The notes below the pieces were generated by a model, which was not told the origin of the DNA, did no database searches, and was given only the letters and a program-made list of their open reading frames with translations. From an uncultured Mycoplasmatota bacterium (GTDB lineage Bacteria > Bacillota_I > Bacilli_A > RF39 > UBA660), in assembly GCA_946554325.1 (NCBI GenBank), contig CAMNSB010000001.1:1-63221 (forward strand): 63,221 nt of DNA, read 5' to 3'. Positions within the stretch are counted from its first letter, which is position 1. Each line of letters opens with the position of its first letter. The translations under genes were made by a program, and so were the position numbers. Shown piece by piece: positions 1 to 8,850 of this stretch.

Positions 1-77
1 CACTTGCACCTGGGACAATCGTAGGTGGTGGGGACGGGAGTGCTGATGATCCGTTCATAATCGATATGGAACAATAA
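1..77 (+). CDS. 3' end of a G+C-rich ORF cut by the window edge (...APGTIVGGGDGSADDPFIIDMEQ*)
   Basis: Open frame from base 3 to TAA at 75-77. The first 48 nt are identical to 343-390 inside ORF 231..425. Confidence 0.4.
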   Translation, partial: LAPGTIVGGGDGSADDPFIIDMEQ

Positions 78-107
78 AAATTGTCCCATACCTATAACCT
101 TTCTATC

Positions 108-131
108 GTCCACGAAAACCCTTTCGTGGAC
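108..131 (+). other. Perfect 10-bp stem / 4-nt loop hairpin (GTCCACGAAA-ACCC-TTTCGTGGAC)
   Basis: Read directly. No T-tract follows, so it is not a canonical intrinsic terminator. Confidence 0.5.
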
Positions 132-230
132 ACAAAAATAATTTTGGGTTAAGCTATTGCATTATCATATAGATTAACCTAGGGTTATGCCGTATCATTA
201 CCAGACTATTTTGCCCCCTTCCAGTGGGCT

Positions 231-425
231 TTGTCGCCGTCTAACTTCAACAACGTCAATACTGGCGGCCTCTACGTCAGCTCCAGTGGCAGCCTGTACA
301 ACGACCGCGTGAACCACTCGGGTGGCGTTCGGCCCGCGGTTTCACTTGCACCTGGGACAATCGTAGGTGGTGGGGACGGGAGTGCTGATGCTCCGTTCAC
401 TGTTGATCTCGATCCGAGTGTTTAA
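231..425 (+). pseudogene. G+C-rich gene remnant with a ...HSGGVRPAVSL... motif (DUF6273-like C-terminal module); TTG start only, probably a fragment
   Basis: 64-codon ORF with no ATG or RBS. Composition is clearly G+C-rich against the AT-rich surroundings. Its tail duplicates bases 1-65. Confidence 0.35.
343..390. repeat. Direct repeat: 48 nt identical to bases 1-48, with similarity continuing about 17 nt further
   Basis: CACTTGCACCTGGGACAATCGTAGGTGGTGGGGACGGGAGTGCTGATG is present at both positions. Confidence 0.9.
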
Positions 426-607
426 TATGAATTAGTGAGATGCTTTTGAGTGTTTCACTATTTTATTTTCATCCTGAAACCTAGTGATTATAACGAAATG
501 GTAAAATAGTGCTTGATGTTTACCTTGACACTTTATCAAAACAATTTTAAAATAGAATTAGATTATGATTTAAATTTATTTTTAAATATATTCTAGAGGA
601 GGTAATT

Positions 608-2161
608 ATGGATAATGGATTATTTTCCATATTACTTTTACTTGTTGGATTATTAGTAGGATTTGGAGTTAGTTTTTTACTAAGTTATTTTAGAATGAAC
701 AATGCATCTAAAAAAGTAGAAGCTATGATAAATCAAGCACGTAAGGACGCAGAAAAAGTAAAACGTGAGACTATTTTAGAGCAAAAGGAAGAAGCACATA
801 AATTAAAATTAGAGACAGATAGAGAAATTAAAGAAAAAAAAGAAGAATTAAAAGAATCTGAAAATCGTTTATTACAGCGAGAAGCAAGTATTGATAAACG
901 AGATGAACTATATCAGAAAAGAGAAGCTACTCTAGATGAGAGAGAAGCTAAAATTGTTATGCGTCAAAACGAGATCCAAGATGAGAAAAGTAAAGTGGAA
1001 GAGATAAAAAAAGAACAATTAGAATTACTTGAGAATATTTCTGGTTTTAGTAAAGATAAAGCTAAGGAACTTGTTATGAGTCAAGTAAAGGAGTCTATGA
1101 CAAAAGAAATATCACAATATATTCGTGATGCTGAGAATGAGGCAAAACTGACAGCGGATAGAACAGCAAAAGAGATGATTGTATCTTCTATGCAGAAGTA
1201 TGCAGCGGATATTGCTAGTGATCAAACTGTTACTGTTGTTGATTTGCCAAACGATGAAATGAAAGGTAGAATTATTGGACGAGAGGGGCGTAATATTCGT
1301 ACGATTGAAGCTATTACTGGGGTTGATCTTATTATTGATGATACACCTGAAGCAGTTGTACTTTCTAGTTTTGACCCATTGCGCCGTGAAATTGCTAGAG
1401 TTACGTTAGAGACATTAATTAAAGATGGACGAATTCATCCAACTAGAATTGAAGAGTTGTATGATAAAGTCAGTAAAGAGATGAGGCAAAAAATTATGGA
1501 GTATGGGCAAGATGCTACTTTTGAACTGGGACTTACGAAGTTTGAACCAGAACTTGTTGAGATTATTGGTAAGCTTCATTTTAGAACTAGTTATGGGCAG
1601 AATGCCTTGCAACATTCTATAGAAGTTTCAGAACTTTCTGGACTTTTAGCAGGCGAGATGGGAGAAAATGTCACTCTTGCAAAACGGGCTGGCCTTTTAC
1701 ATGATATTGGAAAAGCAATTGATCATGAAATTGAGGGAAGTCATGTAGAAATTGGTGTTGATATTGCTAAGAAGTATCATGAAGATGAAGTTGTTATTAA
1801 TGCGATTGCTTCCCATCATGGTGATTGTGATGCTCATAGTGTTATTGCTACTATTGTTGCGATTGCTGATGCACTTAGTGCCTCACGTCCAGGGGCTAGA
1901 AATGATTCATTAGAAAACTATATTAAACGTCTTAGCCAACTAGAAGAGGTAGGAAATGATATCCCTGGTGTTGAAAAGACTTTTGCCGTACAAGCAGGAC
2001 GTGAGTTACGTGTTGTTGTAAAACCAGAAGAAGTAGATGATTTAAAAGCTCATAAAATTGCAAGGGATGTAAAAGAAAAAATAGAAGAGACGATGAAATA
2101 TCCTGGTACTATTAAAATTACTGTTATCAGAGAGACTCGTGCTCAAGAGGAAGCAAGATAA
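608..2161 (+). CDS. rny: Ribonuclease Y
   Basis: N-terminal TM helix and a Lys/Glu coiled coil. KH motif [12 protein letters not shown] and HD motif GLLHDIGK. 517 aa. Confidence 0.95.
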   Translation: MDNGLFSILLLLVGLLVGFGVSFLLSYFRMNNASKKVEAMINQARKDAEKVKRETILEQKEEAHKLKLETDREIKEKKEELKESENRLLQREASIDKRDELYQKREATLDEREAKIVMRQNEIQDEKSKVEEIKKEQLELLENISGFSKDKAKELVMSQVKESMTKEISQYIRDAENEAKLTADRTAKEMIVSSMQKYAADIASDQTVTVVDLPNDEMKGRIIGREGRNIRTIEAITGVDLIIDDTPEAVVLSSFDPLRREIARVTLETLIKDGRIHPTRIEELYDKVSKEMRQKIMEYGQDATFELGLTKFEPELVEIIGKLHFRTSYGQNALQHSIEVSELSGLLAGEMGENVTLAKRAGLLHDIGKAIDHEIEGSHVEIGVDIAKKYHEDEVVINAIASHHGDCDAHSVIATIVAIADALSASRPGARNDSLENYIKRLSQLEEVGNDIPGVEKTFAVQAGRELRVVVKPEEVDDLKAHKIARDVKEKIEETMKYPGTIKITVIRETRAQEEAR

Positions 2162-2171
2162 AATATAAAAA

Positions 2172-2205
2172 GTAACCATTAACTTTCTGTTTGGTTACTT
2201 TTTTT
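2172..2205 (+). terminator. Intrinsic terminator of rny, overlapping the 3' end of convergent rnj
   Basis: GTAACCA ... TGGTTAC stem followed by a T7 run. Confidence 0.7.
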
Positions 2206-3873
2206 AATATCTAGAATTACTGGTAATATAATTGGTCTTCTGCCAGTTAATTCATATATATAAGAAATCATTTGACAAGTGATTTCTGATTTCATAATGG
2301 CAAAGTTACTTTTTGGATCATTTAATAGTTTTTTGATGATATGGTCAGCATGATGTTCAATTTTATGAATCAATCCTTCATTTTCATTGATTAGAACAAA
2401 TCCTCTTGTTGTAATATTGGGTCTAATTAGTAATTCACGTTTTTTCATATCAACATTTACAATTACTACTAAAATACCATCTGATGCCATAATTTTACGA
2501 TCTCTTAGTACTGTACCACCAATTTCTCCAATTCTATTTCCATCTACATAAATGTCTGCTCCTGGCATGCTGATTCCTTTTGTAATTTTATGGTTTACTA
2601 GGTCTAGAGTATCTCCATTTTGTAATACAAAAGTATTTTCTTTGGGAAGTCCACATTCGATTCCGACATTAGCATGTTTTTTTAGCATTCTATAGTCTCC
2701 ATGGAATGGCATTAAGTATTTTGGTCTCAACAAGCGAATCATTAATTTTAACTCTTCTTCGTTGGCATGTCCTGATGTATGTAAGTCTGATAATGCTTTG
2801 TTTGTATAGACTTTTACTCCTTGTAAGCATAATTTATTAATGATTCTAGAAATACTAAGAGCATTTCCTGGAATGGCACTAGATGAGAATATAACTACAT
2901 CATCTGGTCTTAGTTTTATTTGCTTGTGTGTTCCATTTGAAATTCGTGATAGTGCAGCCAGTGGTTCTCCTTGAGAGCCTGTACAAAGAATGGCTACTTC
3001 TCCAGGTTTCATTTTATTTGCTTCCTCTGGTGTTACTAGTAATTCTTTGTGATCAATATATCCACCTTCAATTGAGATTTTAATATTGTTCTCCATACTG
3101 CGACCGAAGATACAGATTTTACGATTATGTTTATAGCAAGTTTCAAAGATATGCTTTACACGATAGATATTTGATGCAAATGTTGCGATAATAAGACGGT
3201 TAGTTGGGCAACGATCAAACATCTCTCCTAGAGCATCATCGACACGAGATTCACTATTTGAAAATCCTTCATTTAAAACATTTGTTGAGTCGCTAATTAA
3301 GATATCTACTCCTTTTTCTCCTAAACTTGCCATTTTATAAAGATTAGCCATTGGACCGATTGGCGTTAAGTCAAACTTAAAATCTCCTGTTGTTACAATG
3401 GTTCCATCTGGTGTTGTAAGGGCAATTCCATGGGAATCTGGAATAGAGTGCGTTGTTCTAAAAAATTCTACTTCGATTTCGCCGAAGGATAGTTTAGTTT
3501 CTTCGTTATATACGAATAAATTATCATATCGAATGTTACGGTCTTCTAGTTTTACAGAGATTAATTCCTTGGCATGATTTGGTGCATAGATTGCTGGAAT
3601 ATTAATACTTTGTAATAAAAATGGAATTCCACCAATATGGTCTTCATGACCATGCGTAATTAATAAGGCTTTAATTTTGTCTTCGTTTTCTTTCAAAAAA
3701 GTAAAGTCTGGTAAAACATAGTCAATTCCTAATAGTTCACTTTCAGGAAAACTAACACCAGCATCGATAATAACAATTTGGTCTTTATGCATTACACAAT
3801 ACATATTTTTTCCGACCTCTCCTAAACCACCTAGAACGATAATCTTAGTTCCATTTGGTTTTTTATCTTTCAT
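2179..3873 (-). CDS. rnj: Ribonuclease J
   Basis: Metallo-beta-lactamase motif HGHEDHIGG with beta-CASP-type architecture. 564 aa. Confidence 0.95.
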   Translation of the reverse strand: MKDKKPNGTKIIVLGGLGEVGKNMYCVMHKDQIVIIDAGVSFPESELLGIDYVLPDFTFLKENEDKIKALLITHGHEDHIGGIPFLLQSINIPAIYAPNHAKELISVKLEDRNIRYDNLFVYNEETKLSFGEIEVEFFRTTHSIPDSHGIALTTPDGTIVTTGDFKFDLTPIGPMANLYKMASLGEKGVDILISDSTNVLNEGFSNSESRVDDALGEMFDRCPTNRLIIATFASNIYRVKHIFETCYKHNRKICIFGRSMENNIKISIEGGYIDHKELLVTPEEANKMKPGEVAILCTGSQGEPLAALSRISNGTHKQIKLRPDDVVIFSSSAIPGNALSISRIINKLCLQGVKVYTNKALSDLHTSGHANEEELKLMIRLLRPKYLMPFHGDYRMLKKHANVGIECGLPKENTFVLQNGDTLDLVNHKITKGISMPGADIYVDGNRIGEIGGTVLRDRKIMASDGILVVIVNVDMKKRELLIRPNITTRGFVLINENEGLIHKIEHHADHIIKKLLNDPKSNFAIMKSEITCQMISYIYELTGRRPIILPVILDIKKSNQTES

Positions 3874-4029
3874 TTTTTCTCCTTTCTTTAAGTTAATTTT
3901 TAATATAAGTAACTAACCGATGTTAATTATAGCAAAAAAGAGTTTATTTGTCTATATTTTGTGTTTGTTTCTTGCTATTTGTTATTTTTTCTTTTATAAT
4001 AGTTAGACAAAGAAAGGAAGAAGATAAAA

Positions 4030-4686
4030 ATGAACGAATTTAAGCAAGTTGCTACTATTGATTTTCGTGTTGTAGGTGGAACTCTAGATGAGGCTTATGA
4101 TATTATGAAAAACTATCAACTACTTGGACAAGCAGGGGATGATGCTAATATTATTTATAAAGGAGTATCTATTCCAGCTGGAGGGTGTGAAAGTGTAGAA
4201 GAAGTTAGAAAGTTATATGAAGTATTAAAATCAGAAGATAAGAGTGACAAGATAGAGCGTGATATTAAAGGAACATCTGTGGAAGTTGATTTTTATACAG
4301 AAGAAGATAACTTAGAAGAAGTATTTGAGTGTATGCAACAGTATAAGGAGCATGGTTATGCTGATAAGCATTCTAATATTGTTTATCATGATGTTGTGAT
4401 ACCAGCAGGGTATTGTGCTACTTATGCTGATGTAGAGGCAATGTATCATAGTATCATATTTGATGATTGGAACAGTTTTGTGGCCTCTATTTCTGCTGAT
4501 TTACTTTCTATTGAAGTTTTCAGTCAATATGAGGCAGAGAGAAAAAGAATTACTCAAATGGAGGAAGTTCCACCTATTGTTTCTTATCCAGCGGCGATGA
4601 CTTATCAAAAAGTTGCCGTTCAGTCAAGGCAGTTGTGTGGTAGAATTGTTCCTGACTCAGACAAGAACAGTATTACAAAAAAATAA
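4030..4686 (+). CDS. Hypothetical protein with an internally duplicated module of about 70 aa
   Basis: NIIYKGVSIPAGGCESVEEVRKLYE and NIVYHDVVIPAGYCATYADVEAMYH align as two repeats. An RBS lies upstream. Confidence 0.6.
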   Translation: MNEFKQVATIDFRVVGGTLDEAYDIMKNYQLLGQAGDDANIIYKGVSIPAGGCESVEEVRKLYEVLKSEDKSDKIERDIKGTSVEVDFYTEEDNLEEVFECMQQYKEHGYADKHSNIVYHDVVIPAGYCATYADVEAMYHSIIFDDWNSFVASISADLLSIEVFSQYEAERKRITQMEEVPPIVSYPAAMTYQKVAVQSRQLCGRIVPDSDKNSITKK

Positions 4687-4759
4687 GTAATAAAATGCTA
4701 TTGTTATCAATAGTTTTTTCTTTTGGTTTATGTTATAATTTTAGATAGGTGATATGTGA

Positions 4760-5842
4760 ATGGGATTGTTTAAAAAAATTAAAAATATGTTTCAGAATGA
4801 ACAGGATAAAGTAGAACATTCTTCTTTGGAACAGGCTTCTTTGGAACAGGCTTCTTTGGAACAGGGAGTTTTAAGTGGGAGAGACGACTCAGTAAGTCCT
4901 GTGGAAGATAGGCAGGAAGATGTGAGGGTCTATGAAAAAGGTCTTACAAAGTCTAGAGAGGGTTTTGTTTCGCGTCTTGCTAATTTAACAAGTAAGTATC
5001 ATAAAATAGATGAAGAGTACTTTGAAGAGCTAGAAGAAATTTTGATTATGGCCGATATTGGAGTTCATACAGTTATGGAGTTTATGGACCGGTTAAGAGA
5101 TAGAGTGAAGCATGAGCATATTGAGAGTCCTGATGAGCTAAAAGAAGTGATTGTTGATGAGCTTTTTATTATTTATGTAGAGGATGAAGTTTTATCTAGT
5201 AAAATAAATTATAACGCAGATGGACCAACTGTTCTTTTGTTTGTTGGGGTAAATGGTGTTGGAAAGACCACTACGATTGCAAAACTTGCTCATATTTTAA
5301 AAGAAGAGGGTAAAAAGGTATTACTTGTTGGAGCGGATACTTTTCGGGCTGGGGCAGTACGACAGTTAAATGAATGGGCTGATAGAATCGGTGTATCTTT
5401 CTATGGAAAGGAAGAGGGTGCTGATCCTGCTAGTGTTGTTTATGATGGAGTTACTATGGGTGTTAGTGATTCTTATGATGTAGTGCTAGTAGATACGGCT
5501 GGACGACTTCAAAATAAAGTGAATTTAATGAAGGAACTTGAAAAAATAAATCGTGTTATTACTTCTATTGTTCCAGGTGGTCCTCATGAGACTTTACTTG
5601 TTATAGATGCTACTACTGGACAAAATGGAATTAGTCAAGCGAAGAGCTTTCAAGAAATTACTGATATTACGGGAATTGTTCTTACAAAACTAGATGGTAC
5701 AGCTAAGGGAGGTATTGTTCTTGCTATTAAAGAAGAGGTTGGTATTCCTGTTAAATATATTGGTCTTGGAGAACGCAAAGAAGATTTACAAGTGTTTGAT
5801 ATAGAAAAATATATTTATGGTTTATTTAAAGATATGATGTAG
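4760..5842 (+). CDS. ftsY: Signal recognition particle receptor FtsY
   Basis: NG-domain motifs GVNGVGKTTT, DTAGRL and TKLDGTAKGG. Confidence 0.95.
   Translation: MGLFKKIKNMFQNEQDKVEHSSLEQASLEQASLEQGVLSGRDDSVSPVEDRQEDVRVYEKGLTKSREGFVSRLANLTSKYHKIDEEYFEELEEILIMADIGVHTVMEFMDRLRDRVKHEHIESPDELKEVIVDELFIIYVEDEVLSSKINYNADGPTVLLFVGVNGVGKTTTIAKLAHILKEEGKKVLLVGADTFRAGAVRQLNEWADRIGVSFYGKEEGADPASVVYDGVTMGVSDSYDVVLVDTAGRLQNKVNLMKELEKINRVITSIVPGGPHETLLVIDATTGQNGISQAKSFQEITDITGIVLTKLDGTAKGGIVLAIKEEVGIPVKYIGLGERKEDLQVFDIEKYIYGLFKDMM
4821..4865 (+). repeat. Perfect 3 x 15-bp tandem repeat (CTTCTTTGGAACAGG) encoding SLEQA repeats in the FtsY N-terminal region
   Basis: Read directly from the sequence. Confidence 0.95.
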
Positions 5843-5852
5843 GAGTTGAGTT

Positions 5853-6125
5853 ATGAGTAATCAAGTGAAAAAGAGACAAGTGGGGTATCAATTTGGATTT
5901 ATTTTGCAACTGGTTATGACTTTTATTACGACAATATTTATTATTGTTGCGTTCTTTAAACGAGAGTTTTTTACATTTTTAGAGTTTTTACTAGGGCTTG
6001 ATATGTTTGTGCTAGCATTTAATAATTATAAATATTATAAAAGAAGTTTTTTTACCTATGTTTATATTGCAGCGGGAGGTGCTATGATTTTGGTATCAAT
6101 ACTTAAATGGTGTGATGTGTTATGA
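5853..6125 (+). CDS. Small membrane protein
   Basis: 90 aa with three hydrophobic segments. Tightly packed between ftsY and ylxM. Confidence 0.5.
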   Translation: MSNQVKKRQVGYQFGFILQLVMTFITTIFIIVAFFKREFFTFLEFLLGLDMFVLAFNNYKYYKRSFFTYVYIAAGGAMILVSILKWCDVL

Positions 6126-6418
6126 TGCAAGAGTTAATTTATTATAATAATTTATATGATCATTATAAGGAGTTACTTACTCCAAAGCAAAGAAAGTATT
6201 TTGAAGATTATTATTTTCATAATTTATCGCTTAGTGAAATGGCAGAAAACTATGAAGTAAGTCGGAATGCTATTTATAAACAGTTACAAATTGTTCTTAA
6301 AAAGTTAGATCAATATGAAGATAAGTTGGGGTTATTTCATCGTCGAAGTACAATGGAAATTTTAATTAATCGGATAGATGATGATAAATTAAAAAAGAAG
6401 ATTAGAGATCGTTTATAA
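6122..6418 (+). CDS. ylxM: YlxM/p13-like putative DNA-binding protein (UPF0122)
   Basis: LYDHYKELLTPKQRKYFEDYYFHNLSLSEMAENYEVSRNAIY matches the YlxM pattern. The position downstream of ftsY is typical. Confidence 0.85.
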   Translation: MMQELIYYNNLYDHYKELLTPKQRKYFEDYYFHNLSLSEMAENYEVSRNAIYKQLQIVLKKLDQYEDKLGLFHRRSTMEILINRIDDDKLKKKIRDRL

Positions 6419-6420
6419 AT

Positions 6421-7128
6421 TTATTCTGCACTTCCTCTTCCACCCATTAATTCACCATCTATAATGATGTTATGAGATAAATACTTTCTAATTGTTACTT
6501 TACGTTTTGAAAGTAAATATTTATTTCTGTACTCAATGGATGTTGGTTTTAATGCGATGTAGTAACATTTCTTTGGATAAGCACTATATTCATCTTCGCT
6601 TTCGCATAGAGCAATAGGTATCTTTATATATTCATTCTTTGGGAAGGGGTAAGCTATTCTTTCCTCTTTTTTTGTTTCAGACTTTTTGGTTATCAGACAG
6701 TCATTTAATTCCTTTTCTTTTAATGATTTTTTGTTTTTATACTCTTTAAAATTTATTTTTATATCAGTGGCTGGAATACTTCCTTTTTGTGTTACTATTA
6801 AATAAGTGATAAAATAATTTTTTACTTTTTTTGGATATTTATATAATAGCTTGTTTAGTTCATTGTTCATAGTAGGAGCCTTTAGTTCTTTTTCAAGGTA
6901 GAGATTTTTGTTCTTTTCTTGATAGTTTTTTACCCAGTTGTCATTATCAATTTTTACTGTTAGATATTCGAAATAAAACTCTGTTTCTGATGATTTTTTA
7001 TAATAAGCAATGATTCCATTCCCTATTACTGCTAATAAAGTCATTCCAATTGTAATGACAGAAGCGTACTCTTTTAGAAATTTTAATACTTTGTTTTTTT
7101 TCTTCTTTTTATATTTTTTATGAGCCAT
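6421..7128 (-). CDS. Hypothetical membrane-anchored Lys-rich protein
   Basis: Basic N-terminus and one TM helix. No recognisable motif. Confidence 0.5.
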   Translation of the reverse strand: MAHKKYKKKKKNKVLKFLKEYASVITIGMTLLAVIGNGIIAYYKKSSETEFYFEYLTVKIDNDNWVKNYQEKNKNLYLEKELKAPTMNNELNKLLYKYPKKVKNYFITYLIVTQKGSIPATDIKINFKEYKNKKSLKEKELNDCLITKKSETKKEERIAYPFPKNEYIKIPIALCESEDEYSAYPKKCYYIALKPTSIEYRNKYLLSKRKVTIRKYLSHNIIIDGELMGGRGSAE

Positions 7129-7141
7129 AATATACCTCTTT

Positions 7142-7756
7142 TCATTTATTCAATATGTTAAAAACTAAGATGAAACTGTTTAGAAAGTTAATCGTTAAAA
7201 ACCAACTGAAATGGTAGATAAATTCCCACTTTTCCTGGGATTCCTTCTTCTTTTTAAATGTTTGATAATAGTTTTTTAAATAGATTAAATTGATGATAGA
7301 AAATAGAATTACTACTTCTTTGCTATTATGATTATTTAGTATTAATAATAGAGTAGTTGTCATGGTAAGGGAGATCGTTTTTAGTAAATAAATAGGATAT
7401 TTCACGATACAAGTAATTATTTTTTTTCCATTTGCTAACAGTAAACCTAATATAAAAAAGAAAGTAGCAATACCACATTGATATAAGAATTCATGTTTTC
7501 CTAAAAAGATGAAACTGTTATATGGTTTTATTCTTTCGTAACATATTACAAAACTCTTCCATAGAGGGATAAATAGTAGTAAAAAACTGTATGTTTTATT
7601 AAGAGAATGTGTCTTTATTTTTTCTTCTTTTTTCGTTTTGAAAAATATTTCGTTTAATAAACAAAAATATTTGGTTATATATTTGGGTGTTAGTATTGTT
7701 AGAAGATAGATAATACTAAAAATACTTGTAGATAGTAGGTAGAACTTGATTGGCAT
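7142..7756 (-). CDS. Hypothetical multi-pass membrane protein
   Basis: Five to six hydrophobic segments. Lies upstream of 6421..7128 in an apparent two-gene operon. Confidence 0.5.
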   Translation of the reverse strand: MPIKFYLLSTSIFSIIYLLTILTPKYITKYFCLLNEIFFKTKKEEKIKTHSLNKTYSFLLLFIPLWKSFVICYERIKPYNSFIFLGKHEFLYQCGIATFFFILGLLLANGKKIITCIVKYPIYLLKTISLTMTTTLLLILNNHNSKEVVILFSIINLIYLKNYYQTFKKKKESQEKWEFIYHFSWFLTINFLNSFILVFNILNK

Positions 7757-7832
7757 TTTATCACCTGATTTCTTTTGGTCTTATTATAACACGTTTTATT
7801 GTTAAAATGGGGGGATAAGTTGTATATTTAAT

Positions 7833-8329
7833 ATGGTGATATTTATGATTAGGAAGAGTTTAGAAAGGTATATAGAAGAAAATGTTTTTCCAGAGTATGA
7901 GAAAAATGATGAGGGGCATGGAATAGAACATATTTGGAGTGTTGTGAGACGAAGTTTGAAATTTGCTAAGCAGGTTTCTGATATTAATGAAGAGATGGTT
8001 TATGTTATTGCAAGTTATCACGATATAGGAGTGTCTATTGATAGAAAACATCATGAAAAGGTTTCTGCTGATAGAAATACAGATGTTGACGCGGCTCTTA
8101 AAAGAACTTATACCTATCGGTTAAAGCACTTTCCTCATTTATCTTTAGATGAGATTATCGAGGACTCTAGAGGCCATTTAATAGAAAAATTTGGAGTGAA
8201 TGGTTATTCTCGTGAAAATTTTATTTTAAAGATTTAGAGTATCAAAAGTTTTTAGATGATATTGTTCATCTTACGAATGACAAAGATGCTTTTATCAAAA
8301 GATATAGGCAGGTTAATCATTTAAAATAG
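7833..8329 (+). pseudogene. HD-domain phosphohydrolase, decayed (frameshift near 8215-8235; probable internal deletion)
   Basis: HD motif SYHDIG. The frame ends ...RENFILKI*, but the next frame continues KFYFKDLEYQKFLDDIVHLTNDKDAFIKRYRQVNHLK* to 8329. Confidence 0.55.
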
Positions 8330-8385
8330 TGACAATCTTTATATCTTGATATATAATATTTTTTGATTTGAAGGAGAAATTTGAT

Positions 8386-8706
8386 ATGGATATTGTTGGG
8401 CTTGAACAAAGAAGGGTTGCTTATAGTCGTTTTGCAGATTTATGTGGTATTTTAAATGATTTCTCTTATCATAATGATAGTAAAATTACAGAAGAGTTAA
8501 AGGCTATGGTTCAACTTAATAGTCAAATTGGTATGCCTCTACCTAGTGGTAGATGGGGAAATAGTCTTGCTGTAGCACTCGAAATGTAGTATTATCAAAA
8601 TTATCCAAATGTCATACAAACTCATAATCATAATATCGATGCTTTCTTAGAGATTGCAAGTGTACTTCAAGATAAAATCAAAACAAATACGAAATCATTA
8701 TCATGA
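8386..8706 (+). pseudogene. Hypothetical small gene interrupted by an in-frame TAG at 8587-8589
   Basis: AAGGAG RBS before ATG 8386. The same frame stays open after the TAG for 38 more codons. A terminator follows only at 8707-8750. Confidence 0.35.
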
Positions 8707-8750
8707 AAATCTCAAACTATATCCTAAAATGTAGTCTGAGATTTTCTTTA
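8707..8750 (+). terminator. Intrinsic terminator
   Basis: AAATCTCA ... TGAGATTT stem followed by a T-rich tract. Confidence 0.55.
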
Positions 8751-8850
8751 TTCTTGATTTCTTTTGAAAAATATTTATCTCTTGCTTGATTAATTTTTAT
8801 ATTAATAGTATACTTTAAAATAGGAAAGAATAGGTAAAGGGGAATCTGTG

